Part shown: in pieces, positions 59,278-64,000 of the stretch
Numbering within the stretch: the first letter of the stretch is position 1
Layout: each line of letters starts with the position of its first letter
Source of the DNA: Spirochaetia bacterium
GTDB taxonomy: Bacteria; Spirochaetota; Spirochaetia; CADAEX01
Direction of reading: 5' to 3'
Length of the DNA stretch: 64,000 nt
Assembly (NCBI GenBank): GCA_963662795.1
Contig: OY759746.1
Span: forward strand, 128,001-192,000
Made by a program: the position numbers and the translations under genes
The notes under the pieces: generated by a model
What the model saw: only the letters and a program-made list of their open reading frames with translations
The model's database searches: none
Told to the model about the DNA's origin: nothing

Positions 59278-60228
59278 TTGAACAATACTACATCCGGCAA
59301 TGATCTTGATATTGTCAAAGAAATAATCAATTCCTCTATAAAAGGGTCAATACCTGTAATCAGGGAAAGTGTAGAATCATTGGTAAATTCAAACGGAAAA
59401 ATGCTCAGGCCTTCATTTTTAATTATTGCATCCAGACTGGGAACGCCTGACCCTGATAAAATTTACAAACTTGCCGCAGCTGTCGAGCTCCTGCACATAG
59501 CATCGCTTATTCATGACGACATTATTGATGATTCAGATAAAAGACGGGGGAAACCTGCCCTGCACAGGATATACGGCAGAAGAAACGCGGTACTGGTCGG
59601 CGACTATCTTTTTTCTAAAAGTTTTGCCCTGCTTGCAGCAAATACTTCGATAGAAAACGGCGCATCCATGGCGCGAATAATGGGAAGAATCTGTGAAGGA
59701 GAGATAAATCAGAATATTTCCATATTATCACAGGATTTTACAGTAAGGTCATATACCAGAAGGATAATGGCAAAAACAGCCCTTATGTTTATATTAAGTT
59801 TCCATATCGGTGCGGCTGAAAGCGGATGCAGCATGGAAATGCAGTCTGTTTTAAGAAAAATCGGCTACAACATAGGAATGAGCTTTCAGATAATTGATGA
59901 CATACTTGATTATACCGGCTCTGAAACACTGCTTGGGAAACCTTCGGGAAATGACCTTAAAGCAGGTATTTATACTGCCCCTTTAATCTTTGTGATGAAT
60001 AAAAACGACTCCATGCTTAAATATCTGGTGAAGAAAAAACCATATTCCCGCAGAACAATAATAAAAATTATCAAAAAAACTATTGAACTCGGCGGGATAG
60101 AAGAGGCTGAGGCCAGGGCAGCCCTTTATTCAAAACGGGCACTGAAAGAGATAAACTATCTCCCTGAAGGCTATACAAAAGTAACGCTTGGAAAATTGAC
60201 AGAGAATCTGCTCAACAGGGATTATTGA
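59278..60228 (+). CDS. Polyprenyl diphosphate synthase (HepT/IspB-like)
   Basis: GKMLRP, HDDIIDDSDKRRG, FQIIDDILD, GKPSGNDL. Probable TTG start at 59278; ORF open from 59218. Confidence 0.92.
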   Translation: MNNTTSGNDLDIVKEIINSSIKGSIPVIRESVESLVNSNGKMLRPSFLIIASRLGTPDPDKIYKLAAAVELLHIASLIHDDIIDDSDKRRGKPALHRIYGRRNAVLVGDYLFSKSFALLAANTSIENGASMARIMGRICEGEINQNISILSQDFTVRSYTRRIMAKTALMFILSFHIGAAESGCSMEMQSVLRKIGYNIGMSFQIIDDILDYTGSETLLGKPSGNDLKAGIYTAPLIFVMNKNDSMLKYLVKKKPYSRRTIIKIIKKTIELGGIEEAEARAALYSKRALKEINYLPEGYTKVTLGKLTENLLNRDY

Positions 60229-60265
60229 TTAAGCACTAAAATCATCATACCTTGTTGAATAAATC

Positions 60266-61297
60266 TCATGGAAAACCAATCATTTTCTGCCTGTATTCAT
60301 CCCACAGTTTAAGTTTAATAAATGACAAGCTCTCCAAAAAGAAAACAGGTTTTCTCTCCTTCAGTTCAGGAACAGCCTCATAGCATTTTTTAAGCTGATA
60401 ATTGGGTATTTTAGGGCTAAGATGGTGTATATGGTGGAAACCTATACTGCCTGAGACCCACCTCATCAGGGCAGGCAGTTTATAAAAGGAAGAGCCTTCC
60501 ATTGCGGCGCGCAGCCGGTTCCAATTTTTTTTTCGGGCCCAGTATCCTCCAGGGAACTGATGCTGTACATAGAAAAGCCATATCCCTGCGGCCCCTGCAA
60601 GCCAGATAACCGGTATTTGAATTAAAAGATATGTTTTCCACCCCATAAGAAAAGATGCAGATATGGCAAGCGAGACAATCATCAGATTTGTGAATACCGT
60701 GCTTATCTTCTCCTTTCTCTTTACTGTCCTTGAGGGTAACCTGTTCTGGTAGAGGAATGTGAAGAGCGCACCCAGGCCGATCATTACAACCGGGTTACGG
60801 TAAAGTCTGTAAATCAGCTGCCCCGGTTTTGTCATATCCCTGTACTCATCAATTGTTATAGTCCAGATGTCGCCGAAGCCCCTTGCATCCAGATTGGCAT
60901 AGGAAGCATGGTGACGAAGATGGCAGAACCTCCAGTCCTCAAAAGAAGTAAAGACAAGTACGCCAAGAAGATAGCCCAATATGCTATTTGCCTGTTTTGA
61001 AGGAAAAAATGAACCGTGAACGCAATCATGAAATAATATAAATATCCGTACCAGAAAAGCTGCAGCCGGTACAGCAAGCAGCAGTGTATAAAAATACGGA
61101 TAACCCAGCTGTATTGAACGGACCATCAGATACCACATAAAAAAATAAGGAAGGAAAGTATTCAGAAGCTGCCATACTGACTTTATCCTCTCCGGATGCT
61201 GATATTTTTTAAGACCATTATACCAGTCCGGCCAAGCCTGACTCCCGGCTGATTTTTGTTCTCCGTGTTTTTCAGGAACTGACTCATTTGAAATCAT
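60266..61297 (-). CDS. Membrane fatty acid desaturase (Bacillus Des-like)
   Basis: His boxes HDCVH, HLRHH, HHIHH; YVQHQF. Confidence 0.9.
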   Translation of the reverse strand: MISNESVPEKHGEQKSAGSQAWPDWYNGLKKYQHPERIKSVWQLLNTFLPYFFMWYLMVRSIQLGYPYFYTLLLAVPAAAFLVRIFILFHDCVHGSFFPSKQANSILGYLLGVLVFTSFEDWRFCHLRHHASYANLDARGFGDIWTITIDEYRDMTKPGQLIYRLYRNPVVMIGLGALFTFLYQNRLPSRTVKRKEKISTVFTNLMIVSLAISASFLMGWKTYLLIQIPVIWLAGAAGIWLFYVQHQFPGGYWARKKNWNRLRAAMEGSSFYKLPALMRWVSGSIGFHHIHHLSPKIPNYQLKKCYEAVPELKERKPVFFLESLSFIKLKLWDEYRQKMIGFP

Positions 61298-61435
61298 ACT
61301 AAAATATATTATTATTCAGATTGGGAAAAATTGCCATAATTCCCTGATATTTATAATATATTTCATAATTAATTTGCCTGAACAAAGGTCTTTATATATA
61401 TTTTAATATATACGATTCCCAAACAGGAGAGAACA

Positions 61436-61663
61436 ATGAGTGTTATTATTTACAGTACGCCGTCCTGCGGCTACTGCAAGCTGGCAAAAGATTTTTTTCA
61501 AAAGAACAATGTAAAATTTACTGATTACAATGTAGCATCAGATCCTAAACGGGCTGAAGAAATGTCAAGGAAATCCGGGCAGATGGGTGTACCAGTAATA
61601 GATATCAACGGTAAAATTATAATAGGCTTTAATAAACCTGAAATCGAGAAAGCCTTAAAATAA
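61436..61663 (+). CDS. Glutaredoxin-like protein (NrdH/YruB-like)
   Basis: YSTPSCGYC, SGQMGVPVI, IIGFN. Confidence 0.92.
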   Translation: MSVIIYSTPSCGYCKLAKDFFQKNNVKFTDYNVASDPKRAEEMSRKSGQMGVPVIDINGKIIIGFNKPEIEKALK

Positions 61664-61680
61664 CAGCTGTCTTTAAATAA

Positions 61681-61716
61681 AAAAATGGGAACATAACTTT
61701 ACTGTTGTTCCCTTTT
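61681..61716. terminator. Bidirectional terminator
   Basis: GGGAACA...TGTTCCC flanked by A and T tracts, between convergent genes. Confidence 0.55.
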
Positions 61717-61717
61717 A

Positions 61718-62896
61718 TTATTCCCCTTTTTGGGCTATTTTATATATCTCAACTGCATCATCCTTAAATATATGATAAAATTTACCCTGGGGGCCTTTGG
61801 CTGTACAACGATCTGCCATGAGCTCATACCTGGAAATATCCTCAGGAACACCCAGCTCGGAAAGCCTTACAGGAAGCCCTATTGTTACAAAAAACTTTTC
61901 CAGACGTTTTACCCCTTCAAGAGCTGTTTCTACCTCATCCCCGAATCCTGAAGGAACATCCCAGACATTTCTGGCATATCTGGCAAACAGAGCGGGCTTT
62001 TTGCGGCACACATACCTCATCCAGGCCAGTGTAATAACCGCAATCCCGGCACCATGCGTTACCCCGTACAAGGCGCTGAGTTCATGTTCAACCCTGTGTG
62101 TTCCGAAATCCCCGATTTTACCCATGCTCAGCAGGTCGTTATGTGCCAATGATCCTGAAAGCATAATCTGCGCTCTTGCGTTATAATCCGCAGGATTATC
62201 TTTAAGAACAAGCGCGTTTTTAATTATTGTCTTAAGCACTGCTTCGGTAAGGAGGTCTGTAAGATCGTTATCTTCGACATCCGTAAAATATCTTTCCTGA
62301 GCATGGCTCATCATATCAGCGATGCCGCTTGCAGTCTGATACTGAGGAAGCGTATATGTAAGCTCAGGATTCATTATTGCGAATGCAGGCCTGTATAAAT
62401 TGCTGTTAAGCCCGTTTTTAATAAGCCCATCTTCCTTTGTAATAACAGCACTCTGGCTTGTTTCGCTTCCCGCGGCTGAAATTGTAAGAATAACGCCTAT
62501 CGGAAGAGCTTTCTGCGCAACCGCTTTTCCTGAGAAGAAATCCCATACATCGCCTTCATAATAATAACCTATTGAAATTGCTTTGGCGGTATCAATAACG
62601 CTTCCGCCTCCGACAGCAAGTATAAAATCAATTTTTTCATTACGGCAGATTTCTATGCCTTTCTTCACATCAACCAGAACCGGATTCGGTTTAACACCGG
62701 AAAGCTCTGTGAAGAATAACTTTTCTGCCATAAGCGACTCTGTGACTGTTTTATAAAGGCCGGTTTTTTTAATGCTCCCGCCGCCGTAAACAAGAAGGAC
62801 ACGGCTGCCGAACCTGACTGATTCCCGTCCTGCCCTTTTTTCTGTATCTTTTCCGAAAATAACTTCTGTTTTGCACTGAAAATCAAAATCAATCAT
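61718..62896 (-). CDS. Iron-containing alcohol dehydrogenase (BdhA/YqhD-like)
   Basis: YGGGSIK, VKPNP, AVGGGSVIDTAK, GSETS, HRVEHELS, HGAG. Confidence 0.92.
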   Translation of the reverse strand: MIDFDFQCKTEVIFGKDTEKRAGRESVRFGSRVLLVYGGGSIKKTGLYKTVTESLMAEKLFFTELSGVKPNPVLVDVKKGIEICRNEKIDFILAVGGGSVIDTAKAISIGYYYEGDVWDFFSGKAVAQKALPIGVILTISAAGSETSQSAVITKEDGLIKNGLNSNLYRPAFAIMNPELTYTLPQYQTASGIADMMSHAQERYFTDVEDNDLTDLLTEAVLKTIIKNALVLKDNPADYNARAQIMLSGSLAHNDLLSMGKIGDFGTHRVEHELSALYGVTHGAGIAVITLAWMRYVCRKKPALFARYARNVWDVPSGFGDEVETALEGVKRLEKFFVTIGLPVRLSELGVPEDISRYELMADRCTAKGPQGKFYHIFKDDAVEIYKIAQKGE

Positions 62897-62958
62897 TCAA
62901 TCAACCCTCCCGCGGCAATTATTTCTGCTATCTGCATAATTAAAATTGTGAGTATTTT

Positions 62959-64000
<1,042 letters not shown>

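Overview
A gene-dense, roughly 40% GC chromosomal segment from a probably anaerobic bacterium. Lipoprotein, LysM and solute-binding-protein styles suggest Spirochaetia (inference). No rRNA, tRNA, CRISPR array or intact mobile element was seen. Housekeeping and metabolic content: SerA-like dehydrogenase, dhaK-dhaL-dhaM/EI, a DUF3798-type ABC transporter, a giant CoA-dehydratase activator, nadC-nadA-nadB, MsrB/MsrA, a GlpA-like 3-gene operon, glpK, an Fe-ADH and several signalling proteins. The most striking locus is 35170-38769 (minus strand). A good sigma70-type promoter drives an ArsM-like Cys-rich methyltransferase, an unannotated 31-aa three-cysteine peptide (MKSLIRSGKNAAKATAQCCAKVSVIVAGCHD) followed by a terminator-like hairpin, a radical SAM/SPASM maturase and a Trx-TrxR fusion. 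This is a candidate metalloid- or redox-linked RiPP system. Also notable: a TAXI-TRAP/M20 deacylase/PbfA-like PLP-enzyme catabolic operon, a GNAT-histidine-kinase-like fusion, an NDH-2-DoxX fusion with acidic repeats next to a polyprenyl synthase, a 52-aa membrane peptide whose RBS lies in a perfect inverted repeat, and two decaying loci. All family calls come from visual motif recognition, not database searches.
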